Source of the DNA: Octopus vulgaris
Lineage: Eukaryota
Length of the DNA: 64,000 nucleotides
Reading direction: 5' to 3'
Assembly (NCBI GenBank): GCA_951406725.2
Contig: OX597815.1
Coordinates: 171,802,001-171,866,000, forward strand
This document shows, one piece after another, positions 12,992 to 25,914 of this stretch. Made by a program: the position numbers and the translations under genes. Position 1 is the first letter of the stretch; every line of letters starts with the position of its first letter. The notes beneath the pieces were generated by a model, which had not been told where the DNA came from, searched no databases, and saw only the letters and a program-made list of their open reading frames with translations.

Positions 12992-15134
12992 CCAAAATCA
13001 AAGAGTAAGATGGAGTGGGTGAAAGAGTAGTATAATTGAAGGGAAAGGAGAGAAAATAGTAATTCAGTGAAGGAGAAGTAGTGAGAGTAATAGCTCTCTC
13101 TCACTCTCTCTCAGTCAGGGCTATTACTCTCACTACTTCTCCTTCACTGAATTACTATTTTCTCTCCTTTCCCTTCAATTATACTACTCTTTCACCTACT
13201 CCATCTTACTCTTTGATTTTGGACAAATATATATATATATATATACATACATACATACATTTGCCTACCATTTAAATGTTTGAACTTATACACTAACGTG
13301 CTTTGCTTTCCTTTTCTTTCTCTATGCTACCCTAAAACATCGCCATTTCCGCCATTCATTCGTTTCTTTAAAGTACCTTCAATCCTTTAATTCGATCTTC
13401 GCCATTCGCGGTGCGCCCGCCCTTTCCCACCCCCACCACCAATACCGGTGAACACTGTTCACACTGTTCACACCATCTACACCGGATATGCCCTCCCCCA
13501 CCACCATTACGTGTGTCTCTCCCTCCTACCCCTCCTCCTCACATGCTTTCACTGTGTATTACCCCTCCCCCCCACCAAGACAAGCAGCTAGCGCCGCAGC
13601 TCATCAACCGCCCCACTTATCTTATGTTTCCTCCTGTTTTGAATCTGTCACTGCCTCAACCGGCTATCTCCTTCCAGTCCCCTCCCCCCACTCGTGATGT
13701 CCTACGTTTTATTTCCTATGAACCTGCACCAACCCTACCTGTCATCGTTCCTCCTTACCCCAACCCTCCCCACTGGTGCTTCCCTATATTACCTGCACCC
13801 CCAAAAAGCACCATCCGAACGTGGTCGATGCCAGCGCCGCCTTGGCTGGCTTCTGTGCCGCTGGCACGTTAAAAGCTCGAACCGATCATGACCGATGCCG
13901 AACCACCCCCCCCTGGCACCTGTGCAGGTGGCACGTAAAAAGCACCCACTACACTCGCGGAGTGGTTGGCGTTAGGAAGGGCATCCAGCCGTAGAAACTC
14001 TGCCAGATCAGACTGGAGCCTGGAGCAGCCCCTGGCTTCCCAGACCCCGGTCAAACCGTCCAACCCGTGCTAGCGCGGAAAACGGACGTTAAACGATGAT
14101 GATGATGATGATGATATACAAATATATAAAAAAAAAGCTATGCCCATTATTATATTAGGAGATTAAAGTGGCAAGCTGAAAGAATCATTAGCACACTGGA
14201 CAAAATGCTGAGGGCATTTCATCCATCTATACATTCTAAGTTCAAATTCCACCTATGTCAACTTTGCCTTTCATCATTTTGAGATTGATAAATTAAGTAC
14301 CAATGAAATAAATTAATTACCAATGTAATCGACTCATCCCTTCTCCAAGATGGCTGACCTTGTGGCAAAATTTTAAACCATCATTATTTATCCTTTCGGC
14401 AGTCAATAAATTAGGTACCAGTGAAACACTGGGGGCTGATGTAATCGACTTATTTCCTCTCCCCCAAAATGGCTGCCCTTGCGGCAAAATTTGAAACCGT
14501 TATTATTGTTTTTGTAGTCCCTATAACATTTTTTGCCAGCTTTGCATTCTGAGTTCAGATTTCATTGAGGTTGACTTTGTCTTTCACCATTTCATGCTTG
14601 AAAAAATAGGTATCAGTTGAACTCTGGGGTCAATGTAATTGACTTCAGCCCCACAAAATTTCTGGCTTTATACTTCTAGTTGGAAGAATTATTATTGCAG
14701 TCCTAAATGACTTTAATTCTGTTTCGTTATCATCATTATATATTTTTTTTACTTTTCTGTTAACATCTCAGATATTTCTTAATCTGGCATGAATTGAATT
14801 AGAATACTATTATATTGGTTAACCATACTTCTATTCTATTCTCCTTCACAAGTCATTTTGCTTATGCCGTTTTCTAATTAAGAGAGAATTCTATAACAAC
14901 CCATTAAGTAAAGATTAATAAGTTACATTATTTGACAGTATCTAAAGAAATTACAAAATCATATAAATTTATGATAGGTACAGGTGTGGCTGTGTGGTAA
15001 GAAGCTTACTTCTCAACCACATGATCCTGGGTTCAGTCACACTGTACGGCACCTTAGGCAGGTATCTTCTATAGCCTTGGGCTGACCAAAGCCTTGTGAA
15101 TGGATTTGGTAGACGGAAACTGAAAGAAGCTTGC

Positions 15135-15168
<34 letters not shown>

Positions 15169-18100
15169 TAGATAGATATAGATAGATAGATAGATATAGA
15201 TATATATATGCAAATATATATATATATGTGTGTGTGTGCATATATATATATATGTATATATCTATGTCTTTGTGTCTGTGTTTGTCTCCCAACACTGCTC
15301 GACAACTGGTGATATTGTATTTACATCCCCATTACTTAGTGGTTCAACAAAAGAGACCAGCAGAATAAGTACAAAGCTTTAAAAAAATAAGCCCTGAGAT
15401 CGATTTATTCAACTAAAACCCTGCAAGGCAGTGCCCCAGCATGGCTGCAGTCAAAAATGACTGAAGCAAGTAAAAGATAAAAGATACAACAATTAAACGC
15501 AATTGAATTTTAGATAAGTTTGATCTCTGAGATTTGAAACACCAAAATAAATACCATCTATGCTAATTTTTCTGCTCTGGAGAATACAAGACTGAATGTC
15601 TTTCAGGATTTAGTTTTGTTTATCATTTAATGTCCATTTTCCCAAGCTAGCATGGGCTGGGTGGTTTGACAGAATCTGGCCAGCTGGAGAGATGCCTGGG
15701 CTCCATGTCCATTTTATCATGGTTTCTATGGCTGGAGGCCATTCCTAATGCCAACCACTTGACAGAGTAAATGGATTATGAGGAGCTTAAAAGAAAAATA
15801 GTCTATCTCTGAAATTTATGGAAAAGTGGAAAAAGTGCCGACAAACACTATGTTTGTGAAGTTTATTTTTTTGAAATTTCTGTGAAATTTATTTTTTGTA
15901 AATTTTGTGAACTTCAGTTGTAATTCTGAAATTGATAATCTTTGAGAAAATCAATTAAAGGAAAAGACTGACAAAATGTAACCACTCCACTTCGATGGGT
16001 CAAGTGGGCATTGCGCATCATTATAATATACTCTTTTACTTGTTTCAGTCATTTGACTGTGGCCATGCTGGAACACCACCTTTTTAGTCGAGCAAATCGA
16101 CCCTAGGACTTATTCTTTGGAAGCCTAGTACTTATTCTATCCGTCTCTTTTGCCAAACCGCTAAGTTACGGGGACGTAAACACACCAGCATCGGTTATCA
16201 AGCGATGTTGGGGAGACAAACACAGACACACAAACATATACACATACACATACATATATATATATATATATACGACGGGCTTCTTTCAGTTTCCATCTAC
16301 CAAATCCACTCACAAGGCTTTGGTCAGTCCGAGGCTATAGTAGAAGACACTTGCCCAAGGTGCCATGCAGTGGGATTGAACCCGGAACCATGTGGTTCGT
16401 AAGCAAGCTACTTACCACACAGCCACTCCTGCGCCTATCTTATCATAATTCATTCTTTTTTTAATTTCTTCGTCTTTTGTTATTTTATGTTCCCCGATTG
16501 TACCGTCCCCATCTATGTATAGTCCTTTATGGATAATAAATAAACCCAGAGTATAGTGGTTGCTTTTCCCTAGCATCAACATGGGCTCTTTTATATGGCA
16601 CCAGTACTGGTGCATTTACCTGTGTGACTCACATGGGTGCTTTTTATGTGGCACCAGTAGCCACAAGCCTGCAAGGTTAAGATCACTCAGCTAAATGTAG
16701 GGGACATATCTGTATGCAAAGACAGCCATGATTTTACTTAGTTTGACATGTCTTCTCAAGCACAGCAAACTGTCAGAAGTCTCAGTCCCTTGTTATCCCC
16801 TCTGTGAGTTTTACTCATCTAAATTCTGAGTGCTATCTCATTGGGTAGCATTTGCTAGTTATCTTAAGAGGTCAAGAAAACAGTTGATTCAGATGGCTAG
16901 AAAACTTTCATATTGTGCTAAGTAACACCACAACAAATGGAATATTAAAAATCAAACATACTGATATATAAAAATGATTCTTGATACTATTTTGGTTAAG
17001 GATTTCATTAACAAAAAAATAGATGGTTGTAATTTTAACTTTTCAATAATCTTCTAAGTGTTGTAAACATTGTTGGTAATATTAATTAGAACAATTAAGC
17101 AATATGTCTAGGTGATTGTAATTTTCCCTGTTCATTAATTTTATTTCATCTTCCTTTCTACAAGGATTGCAGCTAAGGAATTGTGACTGTGTTTAGAAAC
17201 TGGCTTCACCAGTTAGATTTCAGTTGGACTAAGTGTTTGTATTTCATTACAATCTAAGCCATTCTACTGAGTCCTGATCAAGTTATAATGGTATCATGTA
17301 GAAATGGATTAAAGTGACAGTTGGGGTAAATATATTTCTATATTTTGAGGATACGCTTTTATCGCTTATACTGAAGATCATTTGTACAATTAACTTCAGT
17401 TTGGTTTTGGTATGCACTCATAATTTCAAATACTAAATTCTGTGGCTGACATCAAGTTTTTTTCTTATTTAAGTGTATACAATTCGTTAAGCTGGTACCT
17501 TAATTGTAAAACATAGAACTAACTTTCTTGCCCATTTGCCCACTGGTCCATTCTTCACATCAGTCTTATATGGCTACTTTCCTTGATATGTGATGGGGTA
17601 CCCCAAAGTAACCAGAAACATTCTATGTGGGACAAACCTGTTGTAGTTCAGACTTCTGCTGCTAGAAACCACTTGATATGACCCTCAGGCATCAGTCTGC
17701 TGACTGGCAGCATCCACTGAAATCGTACTACCACGTGGTGTGTCTTTGTTTTGCAGTGCTTCTCCCCTGTTCATCGATTTTTGCAATGGCTAAAATGAAG
17801 GACAGTGTGCTTCTATGAAATTCTGTTTTCTACTGGAGAAATCAGCAGCCGAAACAGTTGTCATGCTTCAAATAGCTTACAAGGATGCTGCCATGAGCAA
17901 AACACAAGTTTATGAGTGGTTTCCATGCTTTAGGAAGGTCACTTTTTGTTTCAAGACCAACCTTGTTCAGGATGACTGTCGACCTCCCGAACGAATGAAA
18001 ACGTCATAAAAATTCATGAACTGATCTTGGAGGACCATCACCGAACAATTGATGAACTTGATAATGTGACAGTGATGTATTTCTACAGTGATGTATCAAA

Positions 18101-20901
18101 ATACTATTTCAAGGTAATACAGCCATCTGTGTATCATATTCAATGTATATACATCATTGATTGGCCAGTTGCTGCCTTGTTACTCATAAGTGGGCTGGAG
18201 CTCCTGCCAACGAATTTTGAGCGAGAAATTGCAAATAAAATAACATTGCAAAATTCCAGTTTCTTTTGGGTGCCCCCTCATATGTTTAAATTGCATTCAA
18301 ATTTATTTTAAAAATTGACGCAAAAGTATGAAGTTAATAGTCCAGTCAATCTTCATTTTTTAAATCTGATTCTTGTCATTCTGTTCTCTTCATTCTGGAT
18401 GTTGTCAAAGTCTTAAAGTTAAAATCTCAAAGCAGGATACTGCATAAACATCTTGATGCTTTAAAAATATAATTATGAAGGAAAATGTAATTTTTTACAA
18501 GGGTCTTATGTATTCTAAGTTTTTTTTCCCCTGTCTATAGCATTTCTCAATGTTCAGGCTGTAGAAATTCCAACTGTCTTCTATTTAGACAAGGTAGCAT
18601 TGTTAATTGCTCACTTTGCAACTATGTGGTTTCAAACAGTCCCATTGTAAGGCACCTTGGGTGTTTTCACTATAGCTCTGAGCTGACCAATGTCTTGTAA
18701 GTGAATTTGGTAGCAAGAAATTTTGTGGAATCCCATTGTATGTTTGTGTGTGTGTGTGCATGCATGTGCATACCTTGAAAACAGGTGTTGAATTTCTAAC
18801 TTAATGTTTCCACAAAAGAGATCAATGGAATTAATACTAGACTATAGAAAATATATAAGTACTGGGGTCAATTTGTTAGACTAAAAACCCTTCAAGGTAG
18901 TGCCCCAGCATGACTGCAGTCTGATTACTGAAACAAGTAAAAGAAAAGATAAACCAAAAATATTTAAAGCAAAGAAAAATATGTATATACTTCCCTGCTC
19001 ATTTTAAGGTTCTTTTTGTTGTTTAGCTCCTGATCAAGCCTGATCCAGTTGATATACAGTCAGGGGTGCGCTAATCGTGGTCTTGTCCTTTCCATGGGTG
19101 TTGTGTATCTAGGATTACATTATCCAACATGTTCTCCTTTTCAAGTTGTTTTGCTGTATATCTAGTGACTATGTACAGGCTTCTGTGTTGGTTGGTCTGT
19201 TCACTTTAAAGTAACTCTGATAGGTATTATCTTGATAAGCAGAAATGTAGCATGAATCATCAACTATACTGTTGTCTCTGTTATCTATGAAGTTATCACA
19301 AAAGAAATGTTTAGATATGGAGAGAAATTCTGAAATATAACAAAGCACTTCATTGTATCATTAAAATGTTCACTTCTCAAAGTATGTGATTTTAGATTCA
19401 ATCCCCACTGCTTGACAGATTGGGCAAATGTTTTTTGGGTCCCCAAAATTAATAAAATTTGGTGGACAGAAACTTGTGACTTGTATAATTCAGGAACATC
19501 AGCTCAGACTGTTTGGTCATGTTGCTCAATTTTCAAAGTTGAATCCTTGTGTTTTCTTCTCTGAGGATTCAGCCAAGATGAGAGCTCTTGCAACATGGGT
19601 ACAGTGGATATGACAGTACCTTGCATAGATGAGGACTGACTGGGACACTGCTGAGAATTTACCTGGAATGACCGAAGCAAATACCAATAAATGGAGAATG
19701 CGGCAATGTGCTGTAGCAGTACATGACCCCATACCTGATTTCCTCTGATAGAAACTGTATGGAAGCCCATATGAGACACCGTTCCTGCTATTCAGTGATA
19801 GTCATTATCTAAACCTCACTTTTAAGTGCTCTTAGCCCTTTTATTACCAAAATGCCTGCAACTGCCCTTGATTCTATAATACAAACTTCCTGTTTTAAAT
19901 TGATCTAAATTTTTAAAAAATCCTTTTGAAATTTCATGTCAATTTATGTTCCAAATACCAGCTTAATAATGAGAATTTTATTTTTGCTAAATTCTTCATT
20001 ATATTCAAATTAATTGGAGAAAGAAAGAGTGCAGTGTATTTCAACAGAAATATGGTCACAAAATAGTTAATGGCGGCTGCAGTATCAGACATTCCAGCCA
20101 TGTCATCAGTCTGTGAGGCCCTGAAAATAGTCAAGGAGAGGTTTTCTATCAGGTAAAGCAATAGCCTTACCAATGGGAAACCACTCCAGTGTTCATCCCA
20201 AGTGTAGTCATGGTAGCCAAAGTTCCAGTAATCTAATTACCGGCAGCAGGGGAGAGTACAGATACACCCAGGCCCTATAAACAGTGCATGGGACCTGCCC
20301 AAGAGCAGACCACCAGTTGATTGCCTTACCACTGACTAATTTCTATACTAGCCTATATATAACTAATCCAGTCAATTAGTTACCTGTCTGAAATAACACT
20401 ATTATAAACCTTTTGATATCTAATCTACAATGCTAAGAAATACAAGCACTTCATTATCAATCTAAATATCTTCATTCTATGTTTTAATTCTCAGAATAAA
20501 TGCTTTTCATTTTTCAGGCCCATTAGCCAGTTTCCTTGGCAGCAGATTTTCTCTGAGAAAAGTCAGCTTTGTTGGTGGTATATTCTTAAGTTTAGGATTT
20601 TTACTTGGAAGCTTTTCTGATACACTGGTATGGTTTTTCTTTGCCTACAGCTTTTTAGGAGGTGAGTTTCAATTTTATCTTATTCCCAGTTATGTGTGTG
20701 TGTGTATTCCTGGCTTTAAGGGTATAGCAAAAGGCATAGCTGGAGGCCCAACCTTCCAAGTTCTTTTACAGTACACAGAAAAAATTAAGGATCACAGCAA
20801 TAAGTGTGTGAATCTAAGAGGGGAATATATTGAATAAAATCATAATTAACTGATCCTCCTGTATTTTCTTTTACCCAAAACCAGGAACTTTTCAGCACCC
20901 A

Positions 20902-20934
<33 letters not shown>

Positions 20935-23900
20935 CATATATACACATATATCAGAACTGGAGGAGAAGTTTCAGGTGTGGAAACAAGGATTAGAATCGAA
21001 GGGCCTCAGAGTCAATCTAGCTAAAACCAAAGTCGTAATCAGTAGGAAGGTAGACAAATCACAAACACCTTCAGGTAGATGGCCCTGCTCGATCTGTAGA
21101 AAAGGTGTAGGTAGAAACTCTATAAGATGCACCAAGTGTAAGCTATGGACACATAAGAGATGCAGCAATGTCAAAGGAAGGCTAACTAGGAAGATGGTTT
21201 TTGTATGTGGCAGATGCTCAGGAACAATAAACACTGAAAATGCTCTGAGACCAACTTCCGTCACTTTCCAGGGAGAAAAACTAGAAATAGTTGATAGTTT
21301 CCGTTACCTAGGTGACCAAGTCAGCAGCGGGGGCGGGTGTGCTGAAAGTGTAACTGCTAGAGTAAGAATAGCTTGGGCAAAGTTCAGAGAGCTCTTACCT
21401 CTGCTGGTGACAAAAGGCCTCTCGCACAGAGTGAAAGGCAGACTGTATGATGCGTGTGTACGAACAGCCATGCTACATGGCAGTGAAACATGGGCCGTGA
21501 CTGCTGAGGATATGCGTAAGCTCGCTAGAAATGAAGCCAGTATTCTCCGATGGATGTGTAATGCCAGTACTCACACTCGGCAGAGTGTAAGTACCTTGAG
21601 AGAAAAGCTGGACCTAAGAAGCATCAGTTGTGGTGTGCAAGAGAGACGTTTGCGCTGGTATGGTCATGTGGCGAGAATGGATGAAGATAGTTGTGTGAAA
21701 AAGTGCCACACCCTAGCGGTTGAGGGAACCTGTGGAAGAGGCAGACCCAGGAAAACCTGGGACGAGGTGGTGAAGCACGACCTTCGAACTTTAGGTCTCA
21801 CTGAGGAAATGACTAGAGACCGAGACCTCTGGAAGTGTGCTGTGCGCGAGAAGACCCGGCAGGACAAGTGAGTCCATAACCCGTGGCCTTCTACATGGGA
21901 TGGAGCCAGCCTACGTATGCATACCTTCCCTTCTTGGGACACAAAACTCTACTTGTGAAGACGTGATGAGGCAAGTGAGGATCAGAATCGAAATCGATCA
22001 ATGGAAATTGCGGATGTGCTACCAGTGCCGGTGGCATGTCAAAACTCTGCTTGTGAAGACCCGTTGAGGCAAGTGACGATCAGAATCGAAATCGATCAAT
22101 GGAAATTGCGGATGTGCTACCAGTGCCGGTGGCATGTCAAAACTCTGCTTGTGAAGACCCGTTGAGGCAAGTGACGATCAGAATCGAAATCGATCAATGG
22201 AAATCGATCAATGGAAATTGCAGATGTGTTACCAGTGCCGGTGGCATGTAAGAGAACTTTCCGTTTCGCGACCGTTGCCAGCACCGCCCCGTTTCGTGTC
22301 CGTTGCCAGCCTCGCCTGGCCCTCGTGCCGGTGGCACATAAAAAGCACCATCCGTTCGTGGCCGTTTGCCAGCTCTGTCTGGCACCAGTGCGGGTGGCAC
22401 ATAAAAAGCACCCACTACACTCACGGAGTGGTTGGCGTTAGGAAGGGCATCCAGCCGTAGAAACACTGCCAGATTTGACTGGGCCTGATGAAGCCTTCTG
22501 GCTTCACAGACCCCAGTAGAACCGTCCAACCCATGCTAGCATGGAAAACGGACGCTAAACGATGATGATGATGATGATGATATATATATATATATATTTA
22601 TGTATACACATGTAAAACTAAGTGAATAAACTAATATCACAAAATTCCAGTTTGTTTTATATATGAGGGGGTACCTCAAAACAAACCGGAATATTGTGAT
22701 ATTATTTTATTCACTTAGTTTTACATGTGTACTATTTTACTGCCTTCAAGGTATTCTCCATTTGAAGCAATGCATCAGTCCAGATGCATTTTCCACTATT
22801 CAAAGCAGTGCTGGAATTCTTGCAAAGTGATGCCTTTTAACGCCTCTGTCATTTTTTTTCTTCACCTCTTCCACAACTGCAAATTCCATCACCAGTGATG
22901 ACCTTTGAAAAAAGGTCTGGATAAACTTCCAACTGTTCTTTCAGTTCATGACATGCATTCAGTTGTGACTGCTTTTGATCTTTCATGAGCAAGTGAGGCA
23001 CAAATTTTGCTGCAACTCCTTTTATTCGCAATTCCTCACTCAAAATTTGTTGGCAAGAGCTCCAGGACACACCAGTCATATCAACAAGTTTGTCAATTGT
23101 TTGGTGATGGTCCTCCAAGATCAGTTAATGAATTTTCATGGTGTTTTTATTCGTTTGGGAAGCCAAAGGTCATCCTGAATGAGATTGGTCTTCAAGCGGC
23201 AGGTGACCATTCCTAAAGCATAGAAACCACTCATAAACTTGTGTTTTGCTCATGGCAGTGTCCTTGTAAGCTGTTTGAAGCATAAGAACTGTTTTAGCCA
23301 CCGCTTCCCCCAGCAGAAAACAGAATTTCACAGAGGTACACTGTTCCTTTGTTTTAGCCATCGCAAAAATCAATGAATATGGGAGAAGCACTGCAAAACA
23401 AAGATGCACTATGTGGCAGTATGACTTCACCCGATGATACCAGTCAGCAGGCTGATGCCTGAGGGTTGCATCAAGTGGCTTCTAGCTGCAGAAGTCTGAA
23501 ATACAATGGGTTTGTCTGAGAGAGAACATTTCTAGTTACTTTTGGGTACCCCCTCGTATATATATATATATATTTCAAAAATTTAACATCTGTGTGTGTG
23601 AAAGAGCTGGTATTTCTCAAGACTCCACATATTCATTCATTGGTTGGAAACAATGGCTTCTCTAATAATGCAGCCTGCTATGAAAGCATGGCCAGGCTGT
23701 TTGTTGTTTAATAGATGGAAACAGTTGTGAGTTGGCAATGAGGAATGCATCAAGCTGTAGAAAGCTCTGCCCTAACATATTCTTATCTGATGTATGTAAG
23801 TTTGGGAAAGTAGATGTTAAAATGAATTTGTGCATATGTGAGAGAGAGAAAGAGAGGGGGAGGGCGGGAAAGAGAGAGAGTGTGTGTTTATATATTATTT

Positions 23901-24128
23901 CACAACATGAGCTTTGATCGATTTTCCATTATAATTTTGTATTTTTGAAAATGTGCAGAATAAAAGAAAAAAAGACTCCCTTGTTTGGAAAACAGGTTAG
24001 AGTTAGCTGCAGAAAGTGTACTGGGTTGTAAAGAAAATGCTTCGACAATTTATATCCACCTAACTCATGCTAGCATGAAAAGTCAGGTGTAAGAAATGAA
24101 CAAGCAAATAAATGAATAATACATGCAT

Positions 24129-24178
<50 letters not shown>

Positions 24179-25838
24179 ACACATGCACACATATGTCATC
24201 ATCATCATCATTATCATTTTAACATTCTCTTTTCCTTGCTTATATGAGTCAGACAGAATTTGTGGAGGTGGACTTTTTATGTCTGACTGCCCTTCCTACC
24301 ACCAACCCACACCTGTTTCCAAGTAAGGTAATAATTCATTCAACATGAACAAACTTGATTTTATGAAAGGTGACACTCCCTTACAACTATCAAGTAAAGT
24401 GAAAGCAAGGAGACATGCACAGACATGTACACATATTCACACAGGTGCACACTCACACACACACACCCATGCCCACATTTGCATACACATGTGCACGTAC
24501 ACCTGTACACACTTGCTCACACACATGTACAAACACAAATACACTCAAGTACACATGTGTGCACATACATGTGCACATGCATGCACATATGTAATGCATA
24601 CACACACACGTGCACACAACTATGCCCACATTTGCATACACATGTGCACATACACATGCACACACTTGCTCACACACATGTACAAACACAAATACACTCA
24701 TGCACACATGCATGCACATACATGTGCACATGCATGCACACACGTGCTTGCATACACACCCACATAAGACCCATGTCCACATTTGCATACACATGTGCAC
24801 GTACACATGCATGCACATACATGTGCACATGCATACACACACACACATCAACAGCTCAACCAACACACCAATGCATCAACTCAACCACATATTTAGAAAC
24901 ACCAAAAATTCTCTTGCCTCAGAAGGTCATATCATTTTGTTAGCAACCAGCTCAAACTCTCTTCAGAAAAAACCTAAATATAACTTAAAGAAAAATCATA
25001 TGACGGGCTTCTCTCAATTTCTATCTTCAAAATCCATTCACAAGACTTTGGTCAGTCTGTAAGTCTGTAAGGAAAGATACTGGCTCAATGTGCCATGCAG
25101 TGGAAATAAACTTAAAATTAAGTGGTTGGGTAGCAAACCTCTTACCACACAGCTTTACCTGTGCCTATATATACCCTACACATAATAAAATGCGATGTGT
25201 TATCCCATCAGTGACGCTAGCAGAGGGAAACAATTGAAGTGAGTGTGAGTGACAGTCAGAGGCATCAAATAAAGGCAAACTGTTATGAGAAGATTTTTTC
25301 TGAAGTTGTTGTGCAAATTTTTATTGTAAATAATATTTGCTTTAAGAATTTCACTCACACACACATACACATGCACGCACACACACACATACATACACAC
25401 ACACACTCATGCATATATATATAAATATAACGCCAACCACTCTCAGGGTAGTTGGCGTTAGGAAGGGTGTCCAGCTGTAGAAACTCTGCCAGATCAGATT
25501 GGAGGCTGGTGCAGCCATCTGGTTCACCAGACCTCAGTCAAATCGTCCAACCCATGCTAGCATGGAAAGCGAACGTTAAACAATGATGATGATTATGATG
25601 ATATGAAATTAAATATTACACTCATATGTTTACAAACTATCATTGACATAACATTTATAAATTACATAGCATCATCATCAGAGGAGGAGGAGGAGGAAGT
25701 ACAAAGTTACCTGGCCAGGGAGGGAGGGAAAGAGAAAGAGAGAGATATATATTCCCTTCTCATATCCCGCTCTCAACATATTCCCCTCTCATATTTACAC
25801 GGTACCTTACAACTTCACTTTGTTATACATATATATAG

Positions 25839-25871
<33 letters not shown>

Positions 25872-25881
25872 CATACATCCA

Positions 25882-25914
<33 letters not shown>

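Noticed and set aside
13411-13872. 153-aa proline-rich ORF
   Set aside because: It starts at GTG, reflects C-rich composition and runs into RTE 3'UTR sequence.
16205-16402. Recurrent peptide [36 protein letters not shown] in many ORFs (also 33120, 35630, 38290, 63123)
   Set aside because: It is the antisense translation of SINE family A, not a gene family.
20975-21871. 298-aa ORF as a nested host gene
   Set aside because: It is a 5'-truncated RTE RT fragment with no ATG, lacking the endonuclease and YADD core.
21943-22248. CRISPR-like periodic repeat
   Set aside because: The units are contiguous 98-mers without unique spacers, lie in a LINE 3'UTR in eukaryotic DNA, and have no cas genes nearby.
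24123-25062. His/Cys/Thr-rich ORFs resembling metal-binding proteins
   Set aside because: They are translations of a CA/TGCA minisatellite open in several frames, with no splice support.
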